Part shown: positions 29,074 to 40,056 of the stretch, one piece after another
Layout of the letters: each line of letters opens with the position of its first letter
Numbering within the stretch: position 1 is the stretch's first letter
Source of the DNA: Nitrospirota bacterium
GTDB lineage: Bacteria; Nitrospirota; Thermodesulfovibrionia; Thermodesulfovibrionales; JdFR-86
DNA length: 64,000 bases
Direction: 5' to 3'
Assembly (NCBI GenBank): GCA_963721805.1
Contig: CAVRJY010000001.1
Span: forward strand, 1,248,001-1,312,000
Notes under the pieces: model-generated
Told to the model about the DNA's origin: nothing
Databases searched by the model: none
The model's input: only the letters and a program-made list of their open reading frames with translations
Made by a program: the position numbers and the translations under genes

Positions 29074-30081
29074 CTATGCTGCCCCGATGCAAGCCAAAAG
29101 CTCGCGGGACCGGTTGTCATACGTGTGGTCGCTCAGCACGCGCGCCTGCGCCGCAAGCGCGATCTTCGCCCGCTCCTCGGGCCGGCCGGAGTAATACCGG
29201 ATCAGGTCGACCAGTTCGTCAAAAGTGCGGAAGCAGACGATCTCAGCCCCAATCTTCATCATCGGCTCGATGTCCGGCTTGTAGTCCGCAAGCTGAAACC
29301 CCGCGCAGGCCGCAACGTCGAACGTCCTGCTGTTCGTCCCCCGTATGTCGTTAAACGGGTGGTGTACGTTCAGCGAGATCGAGCTTGCGGATATGGCCTT
29401 TGCCTTGGCAATGCCCCTGATGTCGCGGCCGCGCCAGAGCCCGGCCACGGCTGCGTTTGCGGACTTCCCCCAGCCCCTGCCCCAGAGCGCGGGCGAGAAC
29501 TCCAGGAGACCCTCTATCAGCCTGTGCCTGTAGGGGTACATCGAGCCTATGAGTGCCAGGCCCGCGCCGAACTCCTCGCGGTCGGCAGGCGAAAGTTCCA
29601 TCGGCCTGTGGACCTCGTGGTTGGTGCACTGCGGCAGGTAACGGACGTTGCGAAGCCCGGCCTTCTGCAGCGTCTCGACCACATAGGTGTCCTTGACGAA
29701 GAAGTGGTGGCAGGGCTCTATCGCGTCGAAATTGCCCATCAGGATCGGGTTGTCCGTAAATACGTTTACGATCACGGTGGGGGTGCTGAGGCGTATCTCG
29801 CGCAGGGTTTCAGGGGTGATCGTGTCGCCCTTGACGATAAGCATCAGGTCCGGGCGGGTGGTTTTAACGTGGCTGAGCAGGGCGCCGTTCATGTATTGGA
29901 GCCAGTATTTCCTCAGGCGCTTGTCTTTTTCGATGAACGCGAGGCGGCCCTTCCTCTTGTACGCGAAGGTGTCGACGCCATGCCCGAGCTTTTTCAGGGC
30001 AAGCCCGAAGGCCCACCCCTTGTCGTCCATGTGGCGGTCATCCCTCTGATTCTGCTCAGTGCCGACGATTAGAATATTCAT
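29074..30081 (-). CDS. CgeB-like glycosyltransferase
   Basis: FTDNP, YLPQC, IGSMYPYR, ISLNVH, NSRTFDVAAC, HTYDNR. Confidence 0.8.
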   Translation of the reverse strand: MNILIVGTEQNQRDDRHMDDKGWAFGLALKKLGHGVDTFAYKRKGRLAFIEKDKRLRKYWLQYMNGALLSHVKTTRPDLMLIVKGDTITPETLREIRLSTPTVIVNVFTDNPILMGNFDAIEPCHHFFVKDTYVVETLQKAGLRNVRYLPQCTNHEVHRPMELSPADREEFGAGLALIGSMYPYRHRLIEGLLEFSPALWGRGWGKSANAAVAGLWRGRDIRGIAKAKAISASSISLNVHHPFNDIRGTNSRTFDVAACAGFQLADYKPDIEPMMKIGAEIVCFRTFDELVDLIRYYSGRPEERAKIALAAQARVLSDHTYDNRSRELLACIGAA

Positions 30082-30218
30082 GGTGGTCCGTGAATATATA
30101 GTTTATAATAAAGGCGTGACGTATGTCATTAACCGCCATAAGTCCTGCATTGATTTTTAAGGCTTTATGGTAAAATAGTAACCTTGTAATCTCAAACGCA
30201 AGGAGAGGCGCGAGGCAT

Positions 30219-31958
30219 ATGAAACTTACCGGTGCAGAGATTCTGATCGAGGGCCTCAAACGCGAGGGCGTAAAGTACGTCTTCGGATACCCCGGAGGCG
30301 TGGTCCTCAACATCTTCGACCTGCTGTATGACGTAAAGGAGCTAAGCCTGATCCTTACGCGCCACGAGCAGGGCGCGGTGCACATGGCCGACGGCTACGC
30401 CCGCGCACTCGGCAAGCCCGGCGTGGCGCTCGTCACCTCGGGGCCGGGCGCGACGAACACCGTCACCGGCCTGGCGACCGCGTACATGGACTCGATCCCG
30501 ATGGTCGTCTTCACCGGACAGGTCCCTACGATGCTGATCGGCAATGACGCGTTTCAGGAGGCCGACATCGTCGGCATCACGCGGCCGTGCACGAAGTACA
30601 ACTTCCTCGTGAAGGACGTCGCGGACCTCGCGCGTACGATCAAGGAGGCTTTCTATATCGCATCGTCCGGCAGGCCCGGCCCTGTGCTGATCGACCTGCC
30701 TAAGGACGTCACGGTCGAGCGCGCGAATTTCGTGTGGCCGGACAAGCTCGACATCCGCAGCTACAAACCCACCTACGAGGGCAACAAGTGGATGATCCAG
30801 AAGGCCGCCGGGGTGATCAACAAGTCCACGAAGCCGGTCATCATAGCCGGGGGAGGCGTTATCTCATCGGGCGGCTCGAAGGAACTCCTTGAGTTCGCGC
30901 AGAACACGAGCATCCCGGTGGCCACGACGCTGATGGGCCTCGGCGCATTTCCGGGCTCGCATAAACTTTCATTAGGCATGCCGGGCATGCACGGCACCTA
31001 TTACGCCAACAAGGCCATACAGGAGGCCGACCTCCTGATCGCAATAGGCATGCGGTTTGACGACCGCGTGACCGGCAAGACGAGCGCCTTCGCCCCGCAC
31101 GCCAAGATCATCCACGTCGACATAGACCCGACCTCGATACGCAAGAACATACGCGTCGACGTCCCGGTCGTGGGCGACGTCAAGAAGGTCCTCCAGACGC
31201 TCAACAAGCTCCTGCGCGAAGAGGGCAAGGGGCAGTGGGCCGCCGTGCGCAAGGACTGGCTCTTCCAGATAGACGTATGGAAGAAGGAGCACCCGCTGCA
31301 CTACACGTTCTCGGAGGACATCATAAAGCCGCAGTACGTGGTCGAGAAGATATACGAGCTCACCAAGGGCGACGCGATCATCACGACCGAGGTCGGCCAA
31401 AACCAGATGTGGGCCGCGCAGTTCTATAAATACGACAGGCCGCGCACGTTCCTGAGCTCGGGCGGCCTCGGCACGATGGGCTACGGCTTCCCGGCCGCGA
31501 TAGGCGCGCAGTTCGCGCACCCCGACAAGCTCGTCATAGACATCGCCGGGGACGGCAGCATACAGATGAACATACAGGAGCTCGCGACCTCGGTGATCAA
31601 CAAGCTGCCGGTCAAGGTCGCGATCCTCAACAACCGCTTCCTCGGCATGGTGCGCCAGTGGCAGGAGCTGTTCTTCAACGAGCGCTACTCGCACACGGAC
31701 CTCAACGTCACGCCGGACTTCGTGAAGCTCGCCGAGGCATACGGCGCGATCGGGCTGCGGGCTACGAAGCCCTCCGAGGTCGAGCCGGTGCTCAAGGAGG
31801 CGTTCAAGACCAAGAAGACCGTGATGATGGACTTCGTGACCGACTGGCGCGAGAACGTCTACCCGATGGTCCCGGCCGGCGCGCCGATCGACCAGATGCT
31901 CCTTGGCGATCCGCCGAAGCCCGTGGCTGAAAAGAAACGCTTAAGGGCGGTGAAATAA
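30219..31958 (+). CDS. ilvB: Acetolactate synthase large subunit
   Basis: [30 protein letters not shown] ThDP motif. Confidence 0.98.
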   Translation: MKLTGAEILIEGLKREGVKYVFGYPGGVVLNIFDLLYDVKELSLILTRHEQGAVHMADGYARALGKPGVALVTSGPGATNTVTGLATAYMDSIPMVVFTGQVPTMLIGNDAFQEADIVGITRPCTKYNFLVKDVADLARTIKEAFYIASSGRPGPVLIDLPKDVTVERANFVWPDKLDIRSYKPTYEGNKWMIQKAAGVINKSTKPVIIAGGGVISSGGSKELLEFAQNTSIPVATTLMGLGAFPGSHKLSLGMPGMHGTYYANKAIQEADLLIAIGMRFDDRVTGKTSAFAPHAKIIHVDIDPTSIRKNIRVDVPVVGDVKKVLQTLNKLLREEGKGQWAAVRKDWLFQIDVWKKEHPLHYTFSEDIIKPQYVVEKIYELTKGDAIITTEVGQNQMWAAQFYKYDRPRTFLSSGGLGTMGYGFPAAIGAQFAHPDKLVIDIAGDGSIQMNIQELATSVINKLPVKVAILNNRFLGMVRQWQELFFNERYSHTDLNVTPDFVKLAEAYGAIGLRATKPSEVEPVLKEAFKTKKTVMMDFVTDWRENVYPMVPAGAPIDQMLLGDPPKPVAEKKRLRAVK

Positions 31959-31959
31959 G

Positions 31960-32514
31960 ATGAGGCATACAATCACGCTTCAGGTCGAAAACAAGTTCGG
32001 CGTGCTCTCGCGCGTGGCGGGGCTGTTCAGCGGCAGGGGCTATAATATCGAGAGCATCTCGGTCGGCGAGACCCTGGACCCGATGATCTCTCAGATGACC
32101 ATCGTCACCTCCGGCGACGACCAGATCATCGAGCAGATCAACAAGCAGCTCAATAAGCTCATAGACGTGATAAAGGTCACGGACATGCGCGAGCTCGACC
32201 ACGTCGAGCGCGAGATGATACTCGTGAAGGTCGCCCCGAAGCAGGAGCGCAAGCTCGAGGTGATGAACATCGTCGAGATCTTCAGGGGCAAGGTGATAGA
32301 CTCCTCCGACCGTACCTATACGATAGAGATCACCGGCAACGAGGACAAGCTCGAGGCGTTCGTGAACCTCATCAAGCCCTTCGGGATCGCCGAACTGATC
32401 CGCACCGGCAAGGTCGCGATAGCGCGCGAGGGCATGAAAAAGGCCGGGGCGCAGGCCAAAAAGGAAGAGGAGCACCACCATACCGCTCAGTCTCAGGTGG
32501 GAGAACCGGCATAA
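31960..32514 (+). CDS. ilvN: Acetolactate synthase small (regulatory) subunit
   Basis: ACT domain VENKFGVLSRVAGLFSGRGYNIES. Confidence 0.97.
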   Translation: MRHTITLQVENKFGVLSRVAGLFSGRGYNIESISVGETLDPMISQMTIVTSGDDQIIEQINKQLNKLIDVIKVTDMRELDHVEREMILVKVAPKQERKLEVMNIVEIFRGKVIDSSDRTYTIEITGNEDKLEAFVNLIKPFGIAELIRTGKVAIAREGMKKAGAQAKKEEEHHHTAQSQVGEPA

Positions 32515-32534
32515 GGGATTAAAAGGGACGATTC

Positions 32535-32570
32535 AAGAGGTCGTGCATCTCGGTGTGCGGCCTTTTTTGT
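32535..32570 (+). terminator. Probable terminator after ilvBN
   Basis: AGGTCGTGCATC/GGTGTGCGGCCT imperfect hairpin followed by TTTTTT. Confidence 0.6.
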
Positions 32571-32574
32571 TTGC

Positions 32575-32835
32575 CTAAAACAGGCCTTCTTCCGAGGTAT
32601 CAGCCTCGGATGGTTTCTCTTGTGTGGCGGGCTCGGTCTCGATCTCCTCAAGCACCTTGTTCACTTCGACCTCGGTCTCGCGGAGGCGGCCCTTGCAGAA
32701 TGTGATGAGCGCCTTTGCGCGCGCGACCTGCTTGGTGAGCTGGTCGACGTCCACGCCCTCGCTCTCGATCTCGCGCACGATCTGCTCGAGTTCCTGTATC
32801 GCCTCGGCGTATGTCGGTTTCTTACTGGCTGCCAT
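32575..32835 (-). CDS. xseB: Exodeoxyribonuclease VII small subunit
   Basis: TYAEAIQELEQIV.EIE; downstream of xseA. Confidence 0.9.
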   Translation of the reverse strand: MAASKKPTYAEAIQELEQIVREIESEGVDVDQLTKQVARAKALITFCKGRLRETEVEVNKVLEEIETEPATQEKPSEADTSEEGLF

Positions 32836-34142
32836 ATTCTCCTTCGGTCGAGCTGACTGTGCTCGTGATCGCGCCTTTATAGAGCCTTGTCGTGATTATA
32901 TCATTTTCAGCTGACTGCGGCCGAATCCCGCACAGCGCTGCCGTTTAGGTACGTGATGCTGTAGCCGCGCCCGAGCACAGAGACCGGGTCCATGAGGCTG
33001 ACCTTCAGCTCTAATCTTCCGACGCGCTCGGTGTGCCGCGTAAGCAGGCGCTGGCTGAGATGTACGAGGCCGTCTAGAGTGCGGTCTAATCTGGCTTCCT
33101 TCCTGCCTAGCATCTGCACCGTGCCGCTTCTGAAGCGGTGTCTTATTAAAGATAGCGCATGCCCGCGCGAGGCCAGAGCGGCGCGCGTCAGTCCGACGAT
33201 GCCCAGGCTGTGACGCTCGAGCCTCGCGGCCTCTGCCGCCATGATCGTGCGGATCTCTTTGACGAGCCTCTCGGCCAGCGCATCGACCGAGCCTTCGAAA
33301 TCCCTGGCCCTGCTGATTATGAACTCGGCGGTCGCTGTGGGGGTTATCATCCGCATGTTCGCCACGCGGTCGAGCACGGTCTCGTCGCGCTCATGGCCGA
33401 TGCCGGTGAGCACCGGCAGCGGGAAGGTCGCGACCTCGCGGGCCAGAGCGTAGCTGTCAAAGCATTGGAGCTCAAGCGCCGAGCCTCCGCCGCGGATGAT
33501 CGCGAGGAGGTCGAACTGCCCGGCCCTCTTGCGGCACTTCGCGAGCGCATCGAGGATCGAGCGTTCGGCCTGCTCGCCCTGCATCATGGCCGGGAAGAGT
33601 GTGACGCTGAAGGCGTAGCCCTCGGGATTATCGTCGATCCTGCGCATGAAATCCCCATACCCCGCGGCGGTTGAAGACGATATCACGGCGATCCTCTGAG
33701 GGACTATAGGTATCTCCAGCTCCCGGTTCTTCGCCACCACGCCCTCGGCCGTGAGCTGCTCGATGATCTTTTTGCGCAGCAGCTCGATCCCGCCCAGGGT
33801 ATATGCGGGGTCGACCTCGGTGATGTTCAGGCTCAGGCCGTAAAGCTCGTGGAAGGTCGGTCGGGCGCGGATTAGGAGCTTCATGCCGGCCTCTATCGTG
33901 CGTCCGGTGGCGCGGCGGAATTCGCGGTCTATGCCGGTGAATGCCTTGGCCCAGATCACGGCCCTCATCTGGGCAACCGGGGCGTCGTTTTGCTTCTCGA
34001 CGAGTTCGATGTAACAGTGGCGTGAGCCCCGGTGGACGTTGACCGAGGCGGCCTCGGCAGTGATCCAGTAGTCGAGGCTGACCTCCGAGATCGCGCCTTT
34101 GATGATCGAGGCGAGCTCTAAGAGCGAGATCGCGCTGCTCAT
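32822..34142 (-). CDS. xseA: Exodeoxyribonuclease VII large subunit; main frame stops at 32907 and the last ~29 codons lie in a shifted frame
   Basis: OB fold, IAVISS.TAAG, IIRGGGS, TGIGHERD, TPTATA, GRGYSI; ATGA overlap with upstream small gene; tail AENDIITTRLYKGAITSTV in the +1 frame. Confidence 0.9.
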
Positions 34143-34303
34143 TCGAAATAGCGCATATGCAGCTTGATGCCTACGTATACGCCTACGAGGGAGAACACGC
34201 CGCTTACGGCGTATGCGGTCATGAACCCGTAGCCCTCGGCGAGCCACCAGCCCACGCCGCCGAGTATCGTAGAGGTCGTCATCCATATAAAAGTGCGCAT
34301 CAT
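34139..34303 (-). CDS. Small (54 aa) two-TM membrane protein missed by the ORF track
   Basis: MMRTFIWMTTSTILGGVGWWLAEGYGFMTAYAVSGVFSLVGVYVGIKLHMRYFE*; stop overlaps xseA start; TATAAT just upstream. Confidence 0.75.
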   Translation of the reverse strand: MMRTFIWMTTSTILGGVGWWLAEGYGFMTAYAVSGVFSLVGVYVGIKLHMRYFE

Positions 34304-34458
34304 TAATTATACCCCCGGGCCGCCTTTAAAATTTACGGTTTGCGGTGTTATAATAATTGTCGCGAAAGCAATGCTGGTTTTCGGGTACAAATGCCCTCTT
34401 TGATGGTCTCATATTGCACACGGCTGAATGCACAATCACGAAGAGGAGGTCGTTTACG

Positions 34459-36246
34459 ATGAACGTTGAGGTTACGCACGCGAAGTTGGGCAGTTGGATC
34501 AGGGAAGTGGCCGAGCTGTGCCAGCCGTCGGATATCCATATCTGTGACGGTTCCAAAGCGGAATACGACCTGATGCTCGATAAACTCACCAGGGCCGGCA
34601 TCGCGATCCCGCTTAAAGCACGCCCGAACAGCTACCTCTTCCGCTCCGACCCCAGCGACGTCGCGCGCGTCGAGGACCGCACATACATAAGCACCACTTC
34701 CAAAGACGAGGCAGGCCCGACCAATAACTGGGTTGCGCCCGGCGAACTCAAGCATACGATGCTCGGCCTGTACAGGGGCTGCATGAAGGGCCGCACGATG
34801 TACGTCATCCCGTTTAGCATGGGGCCGATAGGCTCTCCGATTGCGAAGATCGGGGTAGAGATCTCAGACAGCGCATACGTCGTCGTAAACATGCACCTTA
34901 TGACGCGCGTTAGCTCCAAGGTGCTCGACCTGCTCGGGAAGGACGGGGAGTTCATCCCCTGCCTGCATTCGGTGGGCGCGCCGCTTGAGCCCGGTCAGGC
35001 CGACAGCGTCTGGCCCTGCGCCCCGATGGAGAAAAAATACATTAGCCACTTCCCCGAGGAGAACCTGATCTGGTCCTACGGCTCGGGTTACGGCGGAAAC
35101 GCCCTGCTCGGCAAGAAGTGCCTCGCCCTGCGCATAGCCTCTGCGATGGCGCGCCGCGAGGGCTGGCTCGCCGAGCATATGCTGATCCTCAGGCTCACGA
35201 ACCCCAAGGGCAGGCAATACCACATCGCTGCCGCGTTCCCCTCTGCCTGCGGCAAGACGAACCTCGCGATGATGCGCCCGACGATACCCGGCTGGAAGTG
35301 CGAGTGCATCGGCGACGACATAGCGTGGATGAAGATCGGCCCGGACGGCAGGCTCTATGCGATCAACCCCGAAAACGGGTTCTTCGGCGTCGCTCCCGGA
35401 ACCTCATACGGCACCAACCCGGTGGCAATGGACACGCTCAAGGAAAACATACTGTTTACGAACTGCGCGCTTACGGACGACGGGGACGTGTGGTGGGAGG
35501 GCATGGACGGCGACGAGCCGGAGCATGCGATAGACTGGAAGGGCAACGACTGGACGCCTGACAGCGAACACGACGCCGCGCATCCAAACGCCCGCTTTAC
35601 AGCCCTGGCCTCGCAGTGCCCGGCTATTTGCAAGGACTGGGAGAAGCCCGAGGGAGTTCCCATTGACATATTCATATTCGGAGGCCGCCGCGGCAGCGTC
35701 GTGCCGCTCGTGTACGAGGCCCGCAACTGGGACCACGGGGTGTTCCTGGGCGCTACGGCAGCGTCCGAGACGACAGCGGCCAACATCGGAGCGGTGGGCA
35801 ACCTCAGGCGCGACCCTTTTGCGATGACCCCTTTTTGCGGGTATAACATGGGGGATTACTTCAGCCACTGGCTTGCCATGGGCGACAGGCTCGGCTCGCG
35901 GGCCCCGCGCATCTTCTACGTCAACTGGTTTAGGAAGAGCGAGGCCGGAAAATTCCTCTGGCCCGGTTTCAGCGACAACAGCCGCGTGCTTAAGTGGATG
36001 TGCGAGCGCACGGACGGGAAGCTCGGCGCGAAGGAGACCCCGATAGGGCTGATGCCCAATGAAGGCGATCTGGACCTGAGCGGGCTTAAGGTCTCGGCCG
36101 AGGGCATGAAGGAGCTTATGAGCGTGGATATGAAGGCATGGAGGGGCGAAATCCCTGGCATAGAGGCGCATTTCGCGAAATTCGGCGGCCGCCTGCCCGA
36201 GAGGCTCAAGGCCCAGCTCAAGGAGTTCATGCACAGGCTTGGATAA
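34459..36246 (+). CDS. pckG: Phosphoenolpyruvate carboxykinase (GTP)
   Basis: [51 protein letters not shown] before ATG 34459. Confidence 0.97.
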   Translation: MNVEVTHAKLGSWIREVAELCQPSDIHICDGSKAEYDLMLDKLTRAGIAIPLKARPNSYLFRSDPSDVARVEDRTYISTTSKDEAGPTNNWVAPGELKHTMLGLYRGCMKGRTMYVIPFSMGPIGSPIAKIGVEISDSAYVVVNMHLMTRVSSKVLDLLGKDGEFIPCLHSVGAPLEPGQADSVWPCAPMEKKYISHFPEENLIWSYGSGYGGNALLGKKCLALRIASAMARREGWLAEHMLILRLTNPKGRQYHIAAAFPSACGKTNLAMMRPTIPGWKCECIGDDIAWMKIGPDGRLYAINPENGFFGVAPGTSYGTNPVAMDTLKENILFTNCALTDDGDVWWEGMDGDEPEHAIDWKGNDWTPDSEHDAAHPNARFTALASQCPAICKDWEKPEGVPIDIFIFGGRRGSVVPLVYEARNWDHGVFLGATAASETTAANIGAVGNLRRDPFAMTPFCGYNMGDYFSHWLAMGDRLGSRAPRIFYVNWFRKSEAGKFLWPGFSDNSRVLKWMCERTDGKLGAKETPIGLMPNEGDLDLSGLKVSAEGMKELMSVDMKAWRGEIPGIEAHFAKFGGRLPERLKAQLKEFMHRLG

Positions 36247-37921
36247 CCGTCAGGTATTCGCCCCGAAGCTTAAAAAGACCCTGCTGAACGTCCTTGGCGT
36301 GGTGTATGCCAACGTCAAGGCCTCCGACGGCGGGGACTTCTACCTCACGCGCTTTGCCGAGCCGAACATAGACCACCTCGAGCTCTCGAACTGGTACGAG
36401 CCGGAGTGGTTCAATGAGTACAAGGAAAGGCTCAAGGGCACCGGCTCCGTCCACCGCGTGCCGACCAAGGAGGTGCACGGCAGGCAGCTTGTGCTCGTCG
36501 TGAAAAACTGCCGGGTCGGCGAGGACGTGCCGGTCAACACCCATACGCTCAAGGAGTTCTGCGACGCGGAGTTCAACAGCCCGTGGGAGGAGTTCTCGCT
36601 CGTGATGGAGATGCGCGAGGGCACCTACGGCCCGCGCACGCTAAAGATCAAGACCCAGCGGCCTCTGCTGATATATGTCCCGCCCGAGCCGATGCAGCAG
36701 TGGCAGAGCGGGCGTTCCAGAAACAAGATCAACCGCATTCGCGCCCGCCACCCCGGCATAGACCTCGACATTCTAAAGGAATACAAGATGGTCTACGAGT
36801 GGATAGAGGGGTATAACCTGCCCGAGATATTCGAGAACATCGACGTGACCGACGACGAGCGGATCAAGCACCTCAGGGAGCTTAACGCGCGCGCCACGTC
36901 GGACATGCAGGATAAGGGCTACCTCGTGGCCGACATGAAGCCCGAGCACGTCATCATCAGCGAGTCCGACACGCGGCAGATCGTCGAGATCGACCGCGCC
37001 CCTGAGCAGCTGAGCTACCTCTACCGCCTCGTAGACAGCGGCAACTACTCTATCGTGGACTACGAACTGCTGGCTCGCACCCCCGTGCACGAGCAGGCGG
37101 TGAAGGACTCGCGCCGGCACTCCTATCTCGACGACATGAAAAACCGCTTCCAGCCGACCGGGCTGCCTGTGCACCTCAACCGCGTCGAGCACTTCGGCGT
37201 GCCATATATCCACGGCAAGGCCGAGAGCACCGGCGGCGCGCTCTGGGTGGTCGGGGAAAACGCCCGGCTGTTTGACTACTTCCTGCCCGAGCGCTGGAGA
37301 AAGACGCCCTCGATCAAGCTCTCCGATATGAAGGACGTCTTCTACACGCTTACGAAGGACAACATCCACCTCGTCTGGGAGACCTCGAGCGTAGGGGAGC
37401 TGCCGGGCGCGGATGCGGCCGATCACGGCATCAACAGCCCGTTTGAGGAATCCGCTTTAGCATATGAACTTAACGCCCTCGGCATCCCGTGCGCATACGT
37501 CCGCGCCATATACATGACCGGAAGCGCGAAGATCGAGACGTCGGCGGACTACAGGAAGTTCGAGTCCCACCGCGCTATGCTCACGCCCGATGGCGAGCCG
37601 ATCCTGAGCGAGAGCAAAAACTATATCACGATCCGCGGCTATTATAACGGCCCGGACGCCTGGGTCGCGGAGCAGGCCGGAGCGCTCCAGCGCCCGGTCG
37701 ACCTCGCAAAGGCGGTGCTTACCGGACTGATCGGCCAGGACACGTGCGACGCGCTCATCAAGAAGGTCAAAGACAGGCTGCTTAATTCAGGATATGACGG
37801 CGGCCTGCTCAAGCCCAAGGATTTCCTGCTCGCGCTCGATCCGCAGGGCAAGATCGTCACCGATTCGACCGGCGAGCCGCTGACCGTCATCTGCAACTTC
37901 GAACTCATCTGGAAGGTTTAA
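36239..37921 (+). CDS. Hypothetical protein with two tandem protein-kinase-like repeats
   Basis: 560 aa, GC-rich third positions like its neighbours; ADMKPEHV and IVDYELL in repeat 1; NSPWEE/NSPFEE duplication. Confidence 0.75.
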   Translation: MDNRQVFAPKLKKTLLNVLGVVYANVKASDGGDFYLTRFAEPNIDHLELSNWYEPEWFNEYKERLKGTGSVHRVPTKEVHGRQLVLVVKNCRVGEDVPVNTHTLKEFCDAEFNSPWEEFSLVMEMREGTYGPRTLKIKTQRPLLIYVPPEPMQQWQSGRSRNKINRIRARHPGIDLDILKEYKMVYEWIEGYNLPEIFENIDVTDDERIKHLRELNARATSDMQDKGYLVADMKPEHVIISESDTRQIVEIDRAPEQLSYLYRLVDSGNYSIVDYELLARTPVHEQAVKDSRRHSYLDDMKNRFQPTGLPVHLNRVEHFGVPYIHGKAESTGGALWVVGENARLFDYFLPERWRKTPSIKLSDMKDVFYTLTKDNIHLVWETSSVGELPGADAADHGINSPFEESALAYELNALGIPCAYVRAIYMTGSAKIETSADYRKFESHRAMLTPDGEPILSESKNYITIRGYYNGPDAWVAEQAGALQRPVDLAKAVLTGLIGQDTCDALIKKVKDRLLNSGYDGGLLKPKDFLLALDPQGKIVTDSTGEPLTVICNFELIWKV

Positions 37922-38140
37922 AGCGCGCTAAATTAGCGTTGGGGCCGGCTGGCCCCTATTGCTTTCAGGGCTTCGAAAATCCGCCCTCAATGTAGTTCCG
38001 CTATGCCTCCCTTTTTTCGCGCCCTTTACATTAATCAATTAACATGGCGGAAATCTCATGATATGATTTGAAATATGGCAGCGGCTGAAGCGTTTGCGCA
38101 TATTCATTCGCAATAAAACGGCGGATAATGGAGAGATAGA

Positions 38141-39967
38141 ATGCCAGAAAAAGCTGATGCAGAGATAATACATCCGGGCATGGGGGCCATACCCGGTGCA
38201 GAGGGTGTGGCCTTTCGCGTATGGGCGCCCCATGCCGAGAAGGTTTACGTGACCGGCGACTTCAACGGCTGGAACGAGACCTCCACTGCTATGCTCAGCG
38301 AGGAGGACGGGTACTGGTCAACTGAAGTGCCCGGAGCGAAAACGGGCGACGAATACAGGTATCTGATCCACGCTCCCGCCGAATGGAAGCTCCCTCCCAT
38401 CTCCCGCATCGACCCTTATGCCAGAAAGGTGACGAACGCGGCGGGCAACGCGATTGTCTATGACCCTCAAGCCTTCGGCTGGGGCGAGGATACCTTCCAG
38501 ATGGCCACCGGCAATGAGCTTGTCATTTACGAAATGCACATCGGCACTTTTAACGTTAAAGATAAGGGACATACGGGGACGTTTGAGAGCGCGATCGAAA
38601 AATTCCCTTACCTTAAAGGACTGGGCATCAATGCCATCGAGGTGATGCCGATCGCGGAATTCTCGGGCGATTTTTCGTGGGGATACAATCCGGCCCATCC
38701 CTTTGCGGTAAAAAGCGTATACGGCGGTCCGGATGGCTTCAAGCTCTTTGTAAAGACGGCCCACGAGCAGGGCATCGCCGTCATCGTGGATGTCGTTTAC
38801 AACCACCTCGGCCCGGGCGACCTCGGCCTGTGGCAGTTTGACGGCTGGAGCGAAAACGGGAAGGGCGGGATTTATTTTTACAATGATTGCCGCGCTGAAA
38901 CCCCCTGGGGCGAGACGCGCCCGGATTACGGCAGGGGCGAGGTGCGCCAGTATCTGCGCGATAACGCCCTGATGTGGTTCGAGGAATATCACGCCGACGG
39001 CCTGCGCTGGGACATGATTGCCTATATCAAGAGCGTCGACGGCAATGAGGGTAATCCGCAAAATGACCTTCCCGAGGGCTGGAGCCTGATGCAGTGGATC
39101 AACGTGGAGATCCAGCAGCGGTTTCCGGGCAAGATCAGTATCGGCGAGAGCATGAAAAATAACCCATGGGTCACCAAGGACGTGGGCGCAGGCGGCGCGG
39201 GCTTCAATGCGCAGTGGGATGCCGAGTTCGTCCACCCTGTCCGCACGGCCGTCATTGCACGCGATGACGCGTCTCGCGACCTCGGGGCGGTTAGCGGCGC
39301 CATCAAGCACAGGTACGATCTGGACGTATTCCGCCGGGTCATCTATACCGAGTCGCACGACGAGATCGCCAACGGCCGGGCACGCGTGCCGGAGGAGATC
39401 TGGCCGGGAAAGGTGGATAGCTGGTTTTCGAAGAAACGCTCCACACTGGGCGCGGCGATCGTGCTTACCTCGCCCGGCATCCCGATGATTTTTCAGGGGC
39501 AGGAACTGCTGGAAGACCGCTGGTTCCAGGATAAAGACCCGATCGATTGGTCCCGGGTCGAGGGGGAAAACGGCATCCTCAGCATGTACCGTGACCTGAT
39601 CGCCCTGCGGCGCAATCTGTCGGGCGTGGCGCGCGGGCTTTGCGGGCAAGAGATCCATATCTATCACTTTGACGATGCTGCCAAGCTCCTCGCCTTCCAC
39701 CGCTGGGACAAACTGGGCCCGGCCGACAGCGCCGTCGTGGTGGTGAATATGACGAATCAAAACCGCGATGATTATGCCATCGGTTTTCCGAGAGCCGGGA
39801 TGTGGAAGACGCGGTTTAACAGTGACTCATATAACTACGGCCCGAATTTTGCGAACCACCCGACCCCTGATGTCGAGGCCCTTGAGGAAGAGATCGACGG
39901 GCTGCCCTGCTCCGGCAAGATATGTATCGGGCCGTACACGGTCGTGATATTTTCGCAGGACGAATAA
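38141..39967 (+). CDS. GH13 alpha-amylase family enzyme with CBM48 (branching enzyme/TreZ-like)
   Basis: FRVWAPHA, IYEMHIGTF, WGYNP, DVVYNH, DGLRWD, ESHDE, PMIFQGQE. Confidence 0.92.
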   Translation: MPEKADAEIIHPGMGAIPGAEGVAFRVWAPHAEKVYVTGDFNGWNETSTAMLSEEDGYWSTEVPGAKTGDEYRYLIHAPAEWKLPPISRIDPYARKVTNAAGNAIVYDPQAFGWGEDTFQMATGNELVIYEMHIGTFNVKDKGHTGTFESAIEKFPYLKGLGINAIEVMPIAEFSGDFSWGYNPAHPFAVKSVYGGPDGFKLFVKTAHEQGIAVIVDVVYNHLGPGDLGLWQFDGWSENGKGGIYFYNDCRAETPWGETRPDYGRGEVRQYLRDNALMWFEEYHADGLRWDMIAYIKSVDGNEGNPQNDLPEGWSLMQWINVEIQQRFPGKISIGESMKNNPWVTKDVGAGGAGFNAQWDAEFVHPVRTAVIARDDASRDLGAVSGAIKHRYDLDVFRRVIYTESHDEIANGRARVPEEIWPGKVDSWFSKKRSTLGAAIVLTSPGIPMIFQGQELLEDRWFQDKDPIDWSRVEGENGILSMYRDLIALRRNLSGVARGLCGQEIHIYHFDDAAKLLAFHRWDKLGPADSAVVVVNMTNQNRDDYAIGFPRAGMWKTRFNSDSYNYGPNFANHPTPDVEALEEEIDGLPCSGKICIGPYTVVIFSQDE

Positions 39968-39998
39968 GGATCCATGATAAGGGACTTCCAAGCCCTGA

Positions 39999-40028
39999 TA
40001 AAAAAACGGGGGCCCGAAGGCCCCCGGT
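39999..40028. terminator. Terminator between convergent GH13 and hcp genes
   Basis: A-run plus CGGGGGCC-CGAA-GGCCCCCG hairpin (T-tail on the minus strand). Confidence 0.75.
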
Positions 40029-40056
40029 ATTAATCAGTCTGCTTGTCTGAATCTGG

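Noticed and set aside
3146..37956. GGGGCC-NNCT-GGCCCC hairpins at ~3146 and ~37941 as a REP family
   Set aside because: Two short GC-rich hairpins are expected by chance or as terminators; not enough copies to claim a family.
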